Assembly: GCA_017502025.1 (NCBI GenBank) | Contig: JAFVVS010000123.1 | Span: forward strand, 2,049-66,048 | DNA: 64,000 nt | Source of the DNA: Alistipes sp. | GTDB lineage: Bacteria; Bacteroidota; Bacteroidia; Bacteroidales; Rikenellaceae | Direction: 5' to 3' | Part shown: piece after piece, positions 1 through 8,743 of the stretch | Layout of the letters: every line of letters begins with the position of its first letter | Numbering within the stretch: position 1 is the first letter of the stretch | The notes under the pieces: model-generated | The model's database searches: none | Told to the model about the DNA's origin: nothing | What the model saw: only the letters and a program-made list of their open reading frames with translations | Program-made: the position numbers and the translations under genes

Positions 1-228
1 GCGCTCCAAAGCCATCGCCGTAGCCTTATCACCCGAGAGGGTAGGCATAGCAATATCCATAAAGACAACATCTGCCGACATCGCCTCCTCGCACTCCAAA
101 AACTCCGTTCCGTCGCTTGCTTCGGCAACTACACGACAGTTGTGATTGCCGTCAATCAAGCCTCGCAAACCGTTGCGAAATAGTGCGTGGTCATCAACTA
201 ATGCTATTTTTATCTCTTTTTCTTCCAT
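1..228 (-). CDS. NarL/LuxR-family response regulator, N-terminal receiver domain (runs off window)
   Basis: Manual translation from ATG at 228: MEEKEIKIALVDDHALFRNGLRGLID...VVFMDIAMP. Has the receiver DD and phospho-Asp motifs and overlaps the upstream kinase. Not in the ORF track. Confidence 0.9.
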   Translation of the reverse strand, partial: MEEKEIKIALVDDHALFRNGLRGLIDGNHNCRVVAEASDGTEFLECEEAMSADVVFMDIAMPTLSGDKATAMALER

Positions 229-1198
229 AACGCTTTCGTGTTTTTGGCGAAGGCTCATCGGGCTTGGTGCGGATATGCGCAAAGGCCTCCATTCCATTTC
301 CTTCGCTACTATTGATACTTAACGCTCCGTTCAATGAGTCGATGCGGGAGGTGATGTTCGATAATCCCATACCTGCGAGTGCGCTCGAATTGAGGTTGAA
401 GCCGCAGCCATTATCTCGGTATCGCAACTCCAAAGAGTTGTTTTTAAGCATCAAAACAACCTCAATCTTTGTGCAGTGGGAGTGTTTGAGCGAATTATTA
501 ATCAACTCGCATACAACACGATAGAGCACGACTTCGATGTCGTTGTCGAAACGGTCGTCGTGGATGTTTGTCTCGAACGAGATCTCCTCAATTGTGTGCA
601 GCGACTTTATGCGTGATATAAAGTTGCGAATGCCTTGCGCCAAGCCGAAGTCCATCAAAACCTGTGGCGACATATTGTTCGATATCTCTCGTACCGAGCG
701 GATAGCCTCGTCAATCACAAATCGGGTATTCTGCAAAATCTCCTGCTGTCGTTCGCTCATATTCTCGGTCGAAATTGCCGAGAGTGACATTTTTGCCGAG
801 GAGAGCAGTGGTCCCATACCGTCGTGCAACTCCTTGGCAAACTGTGAACGAGATCGCTCCTCGGTACGAAGTACCGTCGAGAGTAGTCGTTTGCTCAAAA
901 GGTTACGCTGATAGTTGAGTCGGTTGATGTAATTGACAAGTTTGTTGGCGAAGAATACCGCTACGGCAAGTGCTGCCGAGAGTATCAGGTCGAAGGTTAT
1001 GAACAACCTAAAATCGACCACTCCGTTCGAAAGGATGTAGATGAGATGCTGTGCAAAGGATGTTACGAAGCAGACGATGCACAATATCCAGATGACGCTA
1101 TACTTTGTGCGTCGTAAAAGGTGCGTTGCGTAGCCTATGGCTAATAACTGAATGGCCATTATCACCCCCATTGTTATTTTAAGTCCAAGGCTCAACAT
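194..1198 (-). CDS. Membrane sensor histidine kinase (HisKA_3/NarX-UhpB type)
   Basis: N-terminal TM segments; H-box AKELHDGMG, N-box ELINNSLKH, G-boxes DNGCGF and GMGLSNI. Confidence 0.92.
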   Translation of the reverse strand: MLSLGLKITMGVIMAIQLLAIGYATHLLRRTKYSVIWILCIVCFVTSFAQHLIYILSNGVVDFRLFITFDLILSAALAVAVFFANKLVNYINRLNYQRNLLSKRLLSTVLRTEERSRSQFAKELHDGMGPLLSSAKMSLSAISTENMSERQQEILQNTRFVIDEAIRSVREISNNMSPQVLMDFGLAQGIRNFISRIKSLHTIEEISFETNIHDDRFDNDIEVVLYRVVCELINNSLKHSHCTKIEVVLMLKNNSLELRYRDNGCGFNLNSSALAGMGLSNITSRIDSLNGALSINSSEGNGMEAFAHIRTKPDEPSPKTRKRYGRKRDKNSIS

Positions 1199-1210
1199 CG
1201 TTGCAAGCTT

Positions 1211-1984
1211 TTATAGTATACTCTTCAACTGCTCCATTTGTCTGTATGCCGTCATATCGACCTGCACAGGTACGACCGAGACATATCCGTTTGCCAATGC
1301 CCACTCGTCGGTATCTTCGGCATTTGGCTCGGCATTTGCGAAGGCTCCCGTAAGCCAGAAGTAATCTCTGCCGTGAGGGTCGGTACGCTTGAAGAACTCC
1401 TCACGCCAATATCCCCGTGTCTGTCGAGATAGACGCATGCCCTTAATCTCGGCACAAGGTATGTTCGGCACATTCACATTCAGACAGAGTGGCATCGGAA
1501 GATTTTCGCTCTCCAAAACAGACTTAACAATCTGTGTTCCATACTTTATCGCCCCCTCAAAATCGGCATCGAGGTTGTGGTCGGTGAGCGAAAGACCAAT
1601 GCTCGGAATGTTGTAGAATGCCGCCTCTATGGCTGCACCCATAGTGCCCGAGTAGAGCACATTCACCGCAGCATTCGAGCCGTGGTTGATACCCGAGATT
1701 ACCAGGTCAACCTTCTCCTCGGCAAAGAGGTGATCGAAGGCCATTTTTACGCAATCTACGGGCGTTCCATTGAGCGAATATACCAGCACTCCCTCCTCCT
1801 CACGCACCTTGCGCAAGTAGAGTGGATTGTAGATGGTAATTGCTTGGCTCATACCGCTTTGTGGTGCATCAGGCGCAATGGCAATCACACGACCAAACTG
1901 TCGTGCAATTTCGATTGCCGCTGCAAAACCTTTACTGCGGTAACTATCGTCGTTGGTTAGAAAGATTAGTTTTTCTTTGCTCAT
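1211..1984 (-). CDS. surE: 5'/3'-nucleotidase SurE
   Basis: LTNDDS, GTPVDCV and SGINHGSN...YSGTMGAA motifs; start moved to ATG at 1984. Confidence 0.95.
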   Translation of the reverse strand: MSKEKLIFLTNDDSYRSKGFAAAIEIARQFGRVIAIAPDAPQSGMSQAITIYNPLYLRKVREEEGVLVYSLNGTPVDCVKMAFDHLFAEEKVDLVISGINHGSNAAVNVLYSGTMGAAIEAAFYNIPSIGLSLTDHNLDADFEGAIKYGTQIVKSVLESENLPMPLCLNVNVPNIPCAEIKGMRLSRQTRGYWREEFFKRTDPHGRDYFWLTGAFANAEPNAEDTDEWALANGYVSVVPVQVDMTAYRQMEQLKSIL

Positions 1985-2004
1985 CAACCACAAAGGTAGT
2001 AAAA

Positions 2005-2345
2005 AAAACGGAAAACGAAAAGCGGGAAGCGGAAAACTTTTAATTTAGTGAGGAGAGAGTAGTTAGGAGTTAGGAGTGAGTAGTTGAAAAACTTTCAGCG
2101 CACCCTTAATAGCCCTTAATCGCCTTTACTAGCCCTTAACAACCCTTAATTTGTTGCGCCGTGATAACCTTCGGAGTACAGAGTACAAAGCAAAGAGAAC
2201 TTAGTGAGTTTAGAGAACTTAGAGAATTTAGGGAATTTAGAGAAGGCAATATGCGATAAGCAACAATCCCTAAACTCCCTATATTCCCTATTCTCCCTAT
2301 TCTCCCTATTCTCCCTCTAACAACCCCTAACAACCTCTATTACCC
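2005..2345. repeat. Composite short-tandem-repeat island (7-mers, GCGCA-clamp element, inverted 9-mer arrays, 10-mers)
   Basis: AAAACGG and AGTTAGG heptamers, five NNCCCTTAAT-like decamers, TTAGRGAAY versus CCCTATTCT 9-mers, CCCTAACAAC decamers. Confidence 0.85.
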
Positions 2346-2358
2346 TCTTTCCCCCACC

Positions 2359-2583
2359 GGACTCGACCGGCGGCAGAAGCCGAGAGCAGACCAAGCAGTG
2401 AGAGGAGCGGAGGCGGACAACGAAGTTGTAAGTATTGGGTGGATAGGCGAAAAGGAAATTTATTTACTTTTTCGACTATATGCACAAGACTTATAATTGC
2501 ATAGCAATTCGCCTACGCTCACAGCACCACAGCGCAGACAAGTCTGCCGAGGCGCAACAAGCTGAACGAGTCCTATTCGGGCA
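2359..2583. repeat. Long imperfect palindrome ending in an inverted copy of the tRNA-Leu 3' end
   Basis: Nested pairs GGACTCG/CGAGTCC, CGGCAGA/TCTGCCG, GAGCG-AGGCG/CGCCT-CGCTC, TAAGT/ACTTA, CGAAAAG/TTTTTCG. Confidence 0.65.
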
Positions 2584-2623
2584 AACGAAAAAGGAGCTTT
2601 CTAAAAGAAAACTCCTTTTGAGG

Positions 2624-2704
2624 TGCCCAGAATAGGACTCGAACCTACACGCCTCTCAGCACTCGCACCTGAAACGAGCGCGTCTACCATTTCGCCATCT
2701 GGGC
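2624..2704 (-). tRNA. tRNA-Leu(CAG)
   Basis: GCCCAGATGGCGAAATGGTAGACGCGCTCGTTTCAGGTGCGAG...GGTTCGAGTCCTATTCTGGGCA; long variable arm, anticodon CAG. Confidence 0.96.
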
Positions 2705-2715
2705 TTTTGTGAGTG

Positions 2716-2723
2716 CAAAGGTA
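2716..2723 (-). promoter_or_regulatory. Bacteroidetes -7 promoter element (TACCTTTG) for tRNA-Leu
   Basis: Matches the TAnnTTTG consensus just upstream of the tRNA. Confidence 0.7.
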
Positions 2724-2837
2724 ACGAAAATTTCACTAAATGCAACTTTGTACAACTTTTTTTGAAAGTTTTCCGTTCTCCGCTTTAAGTTTTCCGTTTT
2801 TATTGCTATATTTGTTAGGATAAACCAAGCGACTAAG

Positions 2838-3950
2838 TTGGCGGCTATATATTTCCATATTCCCTTTTGCAAGAGGTTGTGCGGATATTGCGATTTCTAT
2901 CGCAGTGTCAAGCTGAAATATATGCCACAAGTGGTCGAGGCAATGCACGCCGAGTTGGCGGCGCAGGCTGATTTTTTGCACGACAAAACCATTCGTACAA
3001 TCTATTTTGGAGGCGGAACTCCGTCGTTGCTTGCACCGAGCGAAATAGAGGGGTTTATCGAGAAGGTGCGCTCGCTCTTTGATTGTTCGCAGTTGGAGGA
3101 GGTGACCGTAGAGGTCAATCCCGACGATATAACTGCTGAATATGTTGCCGAGTTGCGCAAAACATCGGTCAATCGTATCTCTATGGGTGTGCAGTCGCTC
3201 GACGATAGGTGTCTGCAATTTATGGGCCGTCGTCATTCGGCACAACAGGCGGTCGATGCCGTGCAGATGTTGCAAGGGGCGGGCTATGATAATATCTCGG
3301 TGGATGTTATCTTTGGTATTCCGGGCTTTGGACTAACCGAACTCGACGACACGCTGCAAAAGATTTTGGCGATGGGCGTGCAACACATCTCCGCCTATCA
3401 TCTTACTATTGAGGAGAATACACGCTTTGGCCGAATGATGGCGAAGGGCGAGTTCTGTGAAATTGACGAGTGTAGCAGCGTGTCGCACTTCTCGTGGGTG
3501 CATAATGCCCTTGTTGCGGGAGGTTTCGAACACTATGAGGTTTCGAACTACGCATTGAAGGGCTATCGCTCGAAGCATAACTCATCGTATTGGCAGGGTG
3601 TGGAGTATCTCGGTGTCGGTCCTGGTGCCCACTCGTTCAATGGCGAAGTGCGTCGTTGGTGCAACCAGCCGATAGAGGAGTATATCGGTGGGGTAGAGTA
3701 CGGCTCGGAGGAGCTCTCTCAAACCAACAAACTGAATGAATATGTTATGACTTCGTTGCGCTGCGCCGAGGGGCTGTCGCTGGCGAAGGTCGAACGAGAT
3801 TTTGGCACAAAAGAGCGTGCGAGATTGGAACGAGAAGCCTCGGCAGATGGGCTGCGCTCGTTGTTGATAAACGATAACGGATATTTGCGAATTGCGCCCG
3901 AAAATATGCTCCTGTCGGACTTTGTAATAGAGGCTCTGATGGCGTTTTAG
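2838..3950 (+). CDS. hemW: Radical SAM heme chaperone HemW (HemN-like)
   Basis: YFHIPFCKRLCGYCDF (CX3CX2C), YFGGGTPS, YEVSNYA, HNSSYW. Confidence 0.93.
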   Translation: MAAIYFHIPFCKRLCGYCDFYRSVKLKYMPQVVEAMHAELAAQADFLHDKTIRTIYFGGGTPSLLAPSEIEGFIEKVRSLFDCSQLEEVTVEVNPDDITAEYVAELRKTSVNRISMGVQSLDDRCLQFMGRRHSAQQAVDAVQMLQGAGYDNISVDVIFGIPGFGLTELDDTLQKILAMGVQHISAYHLTIEENTRFGRMMAKGEFCEIDECSSVSHFSWVHNALVAGGFEHYEVSNYALKGYRSKHNSSYWQGVEYLGVGPGAHSFNGEVRRWCNQPIEEYIGGVEYGSEELSQTNKLNEYVMTSLRCAEGLSLAKVERDFGTKERARLEREASADGLRSLLINDNGYLRIAPENMLLSDFVIEALMAF

Positions 3951-4025
3951 CGAGCTATATTATATATATTGGTATAAATTATTAAAATTTTTTAATAAAT
4001 ACTTTGTTTTGTCGAGAAATGGAAC

Positions 4026-4033
4026 TATCTTTG
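4026..4033 (+). promoter_or_regulatory. Bacteroidetes -7 promoter element for glycogen locus
   Basis: TATCTTTG with upstream TTTG. Confidence 0.65.
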
Positions 4034-4074
4034 CGGCAAAATTTGGAGAAAAAACAACAAATTATTAGATAATT

Positions 4075-7000
4075 ATGAGTGAAATTAAGTTTAACCCGGA
4101 TGTACTTTTTGAGGTAAGCTGGGAGGTATGTAACAAAGTTGGCGGTATCCACACCGTGTTGGCTACCAAGGCTTTGACAGCTACAAAGCAGTTGAGCGAT
4201 AGATATATCACTATCGGTCCCGACTTCTCGCAGGATAGCGAGGTTTCGGAGTTTGTGGAGGATCCAATGTTGATGAAGACTTGGCGTCAGACTCTCTATA
4301 ACGACGGTATTCGTGTTCGTATCGGCCGTTGGAATGTGTGCGGTAGCCCTATCGCAATCCTTATTGACTTCACCACACTCTTTGCAAGCAAGGATGATGT
4401 GTTGAAGGAGTTGTGGGATGACTACAAGGTTGATTCGATCTCGGGACAGTGGGATTATGTAGAGCCTGTATTGTTCGGTTACTTGGCAGGTGAGGTTATC
4501 GAGTCGTATGTGGATAACTTCTGCGCAACTACCGAGAAGGTGGTGGCTCACTTCCACGAGTGGATGACCTGCTCGGGTGGTCTTTATTTGCGCAAGCACT
4601 CGCCATATATCGCAACCGTGATGAGTACTCACGCAACCGTTATGGGTCGTTGCATCGCAGGTAACAACCTTCCGCTCTATGGCAACTTGGAGCAGTTCAA
4701 TGCCGACGACTTGGCTCGTCAGTTCAATGTTATGGCAAAGCACTCTATCGAGAAGATGGGTGCAAAGAACCACGATGCATTCCTTTCGGTTAGCGACATC
4801 ACAGCTCGTGAGTGCGCACACTTGCTCGGCAAGGAGGTTGATGTTGTAACTCCTAACGGCTTCGAGAACGACTTTGTTTGGACAGGCAAGGAGTACGACG
4901 CAAAGCGCAAGGAGGCTCGCAAGGCTATGATCGCAGTTGCTGAGGCTTGCCTCTCGCACAAGTTCGAGAAGGAGCCGCTTATCATCGGCACAAGCGGTCG
5001 CTACGAGTTCCACAACAAGGGCCTGGATATCTTCTTCGATACATTGAAGGCTCTCGAAGTGTCGGGCAAACTCGACCGTGAGGTGTTGGCTTATGTTACC
5101 GTACCGGCTGCAAACCTTGGCGCACGCCACGACTTGCAGGCTCACTTGCAGGATAAGTCGCAGCCTATCGACGCTTCGCAGTATCGCTACTCGACACATG
5201 TGTTGGAGTATCAGGCTTGGGATCAGGTAGCAAACGCTATCAATGGCTCGGTACTCGACCGTGCAGAGTCGAAGGTTAAGGTTATCTTCGTTCCTACATA
5301 CCTCAATCAGAACGACGGAATCTTCAATAAGAGCTACTACGAGTTGCTCGTAGGTATGGATTTGACTATCTATCCATCGTACTACGAGCCATGGGGCTAT
5401 ACTCCACTCGAATCGATTGCATTCTCGATTCCTACAATCACCACCACATTGGCTGGCTTTGGTGTTTGGGCAGCAGAGCAGGAGAAGAACGATGGTGTAG
5501 TTGTTGTTGAGCGCAACGATGCTAATGCACCAGAGGCTGTGGCTTCGGTTGCAGATGCAGTACTTCGCTTCCTCGCCCTCTCGGATAAGGAGGTTAAGGC
5601 TGTTCGCAAGGCGGCATTCGAGATGTCGAAGAAGGCTTTGTGGGACAACCTCTTCACATACTATCGCAAGGCTTACAACCTGGCTATCGAGGGTTGCATC
5701 GCTCGTACCAACCGTGCAGTGTTGGGCGATGGAGGTGCTTCGCATGAGCAGATTAACTTCGTGCGTCAGCAGCTCTTCGTTGAGCGCCCTAATTGGCAGC
5801 GTGTAATGGTCGAGAAGTCGTTGCCTGCACGCTTGCGCCCACTCGAAGAGTTGTCACGCAACTTGTGGTGGAGCTGGACTCTCGGTGCTCGTGATTTGTT
5901 CGAAACTCTCGACAAGGAGTTGTGGATCGAGGTGGATCGCAACCCTATCGCATTGCTCGACAAGTTGCCTATGGAGCGCTTGGCAGAGATTGAGAAGGAT
6001 GCAGAGTTCCTCGCAAAGATGGATGCAGTATATGCACAGTTCCAGGAGTATATGAACGAGAAGCCAAATCCAAAGGCTCCGAAGATTGCTTACTTCTCGA
6101 TGGAGTATGGTTTGCACCACTCGTTGAAGATCTACTCGGGCGGTCTTGGTATCTTGGCCGGTGACTATATCAAGGAGGCTTCGGATCGCAACACCCCAAT
6201 GGTTGCCGTAGGTCTTCTCTATCGTTACGGCTACTTCACCCAGCGTCTTTCGGCACAGGGTGCTCAGGAGGCTACTTACGAGGCACAGAACTTCTTCAAG
6301 TTGCCAATTATGCCTGTTCGTGAGGAGGATGGCTCGTGGGTAACAACCCAGGTGGCATTGCCAGGCCGTACTTTGAGCGCTCGTGTATGGTGCTGCCAGG
6401 TAGGTCGTACTCCGTTGTACTTGCTCGATGCCGACTACGAGGCTAACTTGGAGGAGGATCGTCAGGTTACACACCACCTCTATGGTGGCGATTGGGAGAA
6501 TCGCTTGAAGCAGGAGATCTTGCTCGGTGTCGGTGGTATCCGTGCCCTCGTAAAGATGGGTATCAAGCAGGAGGTTTATCACTGCAACGAGGGTCACGCA
6601 GCATTTATCGGTGTTGAGCGTGTTCGCAACTTGATGTCACGCAAGAAGCTCTCGTTCTCGGAGGCGTTGGAGGTAGTTCGTTCATCGTCGCTCTTTACTA
6701 CCCACACCCCTGTACCGGCAGGTCACGACGCATTCCCTGAGTCGATGATTCGTCAGTATATGTCGCACTACCCGGATGCTCTCGGCATCACTTGGGATCA
6801 GTATATCAACCTCGGTAAGGTTAATCCGAACGATCCGAACGAGCGTTTCTCGATGTCGGTGCTCGCTTGTAACCTTTCGCAGGAGGTTAATGGTGTGTCG
6901 TGGTTGCACGGCGAGGTGTCGAAGGATCTCCTCGGCAATATGTGGCCGGGATACTTCAAGAAGGAGTTGCACATCGGTTATGTAACCAATGGTGTTCACT

Positions 7001-8325
7001 TCCCAACTTGGACAGCTTCGAATATGCGTCGCCTCTATGCTAAGTACTTCCCTAATGGCTTCGAGGGACACACATATAACATCCCGGAGTGGCAGAAGGT
7101 TTACAATATTCCGGATGAGGTGTTGTGGAACGAACGTATGTTCCTTAAACAGCGACTCATCAAGACTATCAAGCGTCGTTACACCGATCCTACACAGGTA
7201 CGTTTCGACCGCCCAAGCCAGATGGTACAGGTTGCAGACCGCATCAAGCCGGAGGTTTTGACTATCGGTTTTGCTCGTCGTTTCGCAACTTACAAGCGTG
7301 CATACCTCCTCTTCTCTAACTTGGAGCGTCTGTCGGCTATCGTAAATAACAAGGAGCGCCCTGTTCAGTTCATCTTTGCAGGAAAGGCTCACCCGGCAGA
7401 TAAGCCAGGTCAGGACTTGATCAAGCGTATCGTTGAGGTATCGTTGATGCCTGAGTTCGTAGGTAAGATTATCTTCTTGCAGAACTACGATATGGAGTTG
7501 GCTCGTCGTATGGTTCAGGGTGTCGATGTATGGTTGAACACTCCTACCCGCCCATTGGAGGCTTCGGGTACATCAGGCGAGAAGTGTGTGATGAACGGTG
7601 TTATGCAGTTCTCGGTACTCGACGGCTGGTGGGTTGAGGGCTACAAGGAGAATGGCGGTTGGGCACTCCCTATGGAGCGCACCTTCGCTGACCAGGGCCA
7701 CCAGGATGAGCTCGATGCCGAGATGATCTACACCACTATCGAGGAGCAGATCGTACCTAAGTACTACGCTCGCAACGAGAAGGGTATCCCAACCGATTGG
7801 GTAGCTTCGGTTAAGAAGTGTATCTCGGATATCGCATCGAACTTCACTACCAACCGTATGCTCATCGACTACGAGGAGCGCTTCTACTACAAGTTGGCAG
7901 ATCGCAAGAAGAAGCTCGTATCGAACAACTATGTTCTTGCTCGTGAGATTGCTGCTTGGAAGCGTCGTGTTTCGGCAGCTTGGGATAGCGTTCGTGTTCT
8001 CGACTCGCAGCGTGTGCGTGTAGATAAGGAGTCGATGATGCTCGGCGAGAAGTATCACTTCGAGGTTAAGCTCGACATCGCAAACCTCCTTCCTGAGGAG
8101 ATTGGCGTAGAGCTCGTAGTTGCAAAGCAGATGGTAGGTCAGCAGGCTCCTGAGGTTATCCTCACCGAGCAGTTGCAGGTTGTAAATGTCGAGGGCTCGC
8201 AGGTAACATACTCTCTCGACCTTACTCCAAACCGTACCGGTGCATTCGACCTTGCATTGCGTGTATATCCAAAGAACGAGAACTTGCCATACAGAATGGA
8301 CTTCGCTCTCGTCAAGTGGGCATAA
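4075..8325 (+). CDS. glgP: Fused glycogen synthase (GT3) - alpha-glucan phosphorylase (GT35)
   Basis: N-half: FEVSWEVCNKVGGI, HFHEW, YYEPWGYTPLE. C-half: YFSMEYG, YSGGLGILAGD, FARRFATYKR, EASGTSGEK (PLP Lys). Confidence 0.93.
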   Translation: MSEIKFNPDVLFEVSWEVCNKVGGIHTVLATKALTATKQLSDRYITIGPDFSQDSEVSEFVEDPMLMKTWRQTLYNDGIRVRIGRWNVCGSPIAILIDFTTLFASKDDVLKELWDDYKVDSISGQWDYVEPVLFGYLAGEVIESYVDNFCATTEKVVAHFHEWMTCSGGLYLRKHSPYIATVMSTHATVMGRCIAGNNLPLYGNLEQFNADDLARQFNVMAKHSIEKMGAKNHDAFLSVSDITARECAHLLGKEVDVVTPNGFENDFVWTGKEYDAKRKEARKAMIAVAEACLSHKFEKEPLIIGTSGRYEFHNKGLDIFFDTLKALEVSGKLDREVLAYVTVPAANLGARHDLQAHLQDKSQPIDASQYRYSTHVLEYQAWDQVANAINGSVLDRAESKVKVIFVPTYLNQNDGIFNKSYYELLVGMDLTIYPSYYEPWGYTPLESIAFSIPTITTTLAGFGVWAAEQEKNDGVVVVERNDANAPEAVASVADAVLRFLALSDKEVKAVRKAAFEMSKKALWDNLFTYYRKAYNLAIEGCIARTNRAVLGDGGASHEQINFVRQQLFVERPNWQRVMVEKSLPARLRPLEELSRNLWWSWTLGARDLFETLDKELWIEVDRNPIALLDKLPMERLAEIEKDAEFLAKMDAVYAQFQEYMNEKPNPKAPKIAYFSMEYGLHHSLKIYSGGLGILAGDYIKEASDRNTPMVAVGLLYRYGYFTQRLSAQGAQEATYEAQNFFKLPIMPVREEDGSWVTTQVALPGRTLSARVWCCQVGRTPLYLLDADYEANLEEDRQVTHHLYGGDWENRLKQEILLGVGGIRALVKMGIKQEVYHCNEGHAAFIGVERVRNLMSRKKLSFSEALEVVRSSSLFTTHTPVPAGHDAFPESMIRQYMSHYPDALGITWDQYINLGKVNPNDPNERFSMSVLACNLSQEVNGVSWLHGEVSKDLLGNMWPGYFKKELHIGYVTNGVHFPTWTASNMRRLYAKYFPNGFEGHTYNIPEWQKVYNIPDEVLWNERMFLKQRLIKTIKRRYTDPTQVRFDRPSQMVQVADRIKPEVLTIGFARRFATYKRAYLLFSNLERLSAIVNNKERPVQFIFAGKAHPADKPGQDLIKRIVEVSLMPEFVGKIIFLQNYDMELARRMVQGVDVWLNTPTRPLEASGTSGEKCVMNGVMQFSVLDGWWVEGYKENGGWALPMERTFADQGHQDELDAEMIYTTIEEQIVPKYYARNEKGIPTDWVASVKKCISDIASNFTTNRMLIDYEERFYYKLADRKKKLVSNNYVLAREIAAWKRRVSAAWDSVRVLDSQRVRVDKESMMLGEKYHFEVKLDIANLLPEEIGVELVVAKQMVGQQAPEVILTEQLQVVNVEGSQVTYSLDLTPNRTGAFDLALRVYPKNENLPYRMDFALVKWA

Positions 8326-8449
8326 CAATTTGCCTATTGGGCTCTTTTTTCACCTTGCTTGCGGCTGAATTGCTCACATACGATTTAGTATGCTGCGCAT
8401 TCAGCCACAGCGCAACGCAAAAAAATAGCTCCAATATCCGAAATTGTTA
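8323..8449 (+). repeat. ~127-bp imperfect hairpin element, copy A
   Basis: TAACAATTT...AAATTGTTA ends; core GC-TCA-CATAC-loop-GTATG-CTGC-GC. Confidence 0.8.
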
Positions 8450-8743
8450 AAGTTGGGTGGTTTGTTAAGGTGAAGAAAATATCCCTAACGCCCCTAACGC
8501 CCCTAATAAATTAGCTAATGGCTAATAGCTAAAAAAACATACATCAATACTGTTGGGCACCGATTGCTCGGCAGTATTTGGTGTGTGATAGAGTAGGCAA
8601 ATAGAGTCAGAAGATGCACTATTTCGCCTAAATTTGTAAAATAAAACGAATATTTTTGAAAATATTTGGTTTTTATGGAACAATTAGACGAAATTTTTAC
8701 TAACTTTACAAAACAGAATTATTATCTATAACAAATATACCTT

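Noticed and set aside
2061-2087. AGTTAGG run as a telomere-like repeat
   Set aside because: Only two to three degenerate units, and it is one of many unrelated heptamer types in the window.
2136-2333. ORFs with 3-aa periodicity (also 20743-21021, 25591 N-terminus, 30908-31099, 47685-47867)
   Set aside because: These are translations of the 9-mer/7-mer arrays. There is no consistent start, frame or strand among copies.
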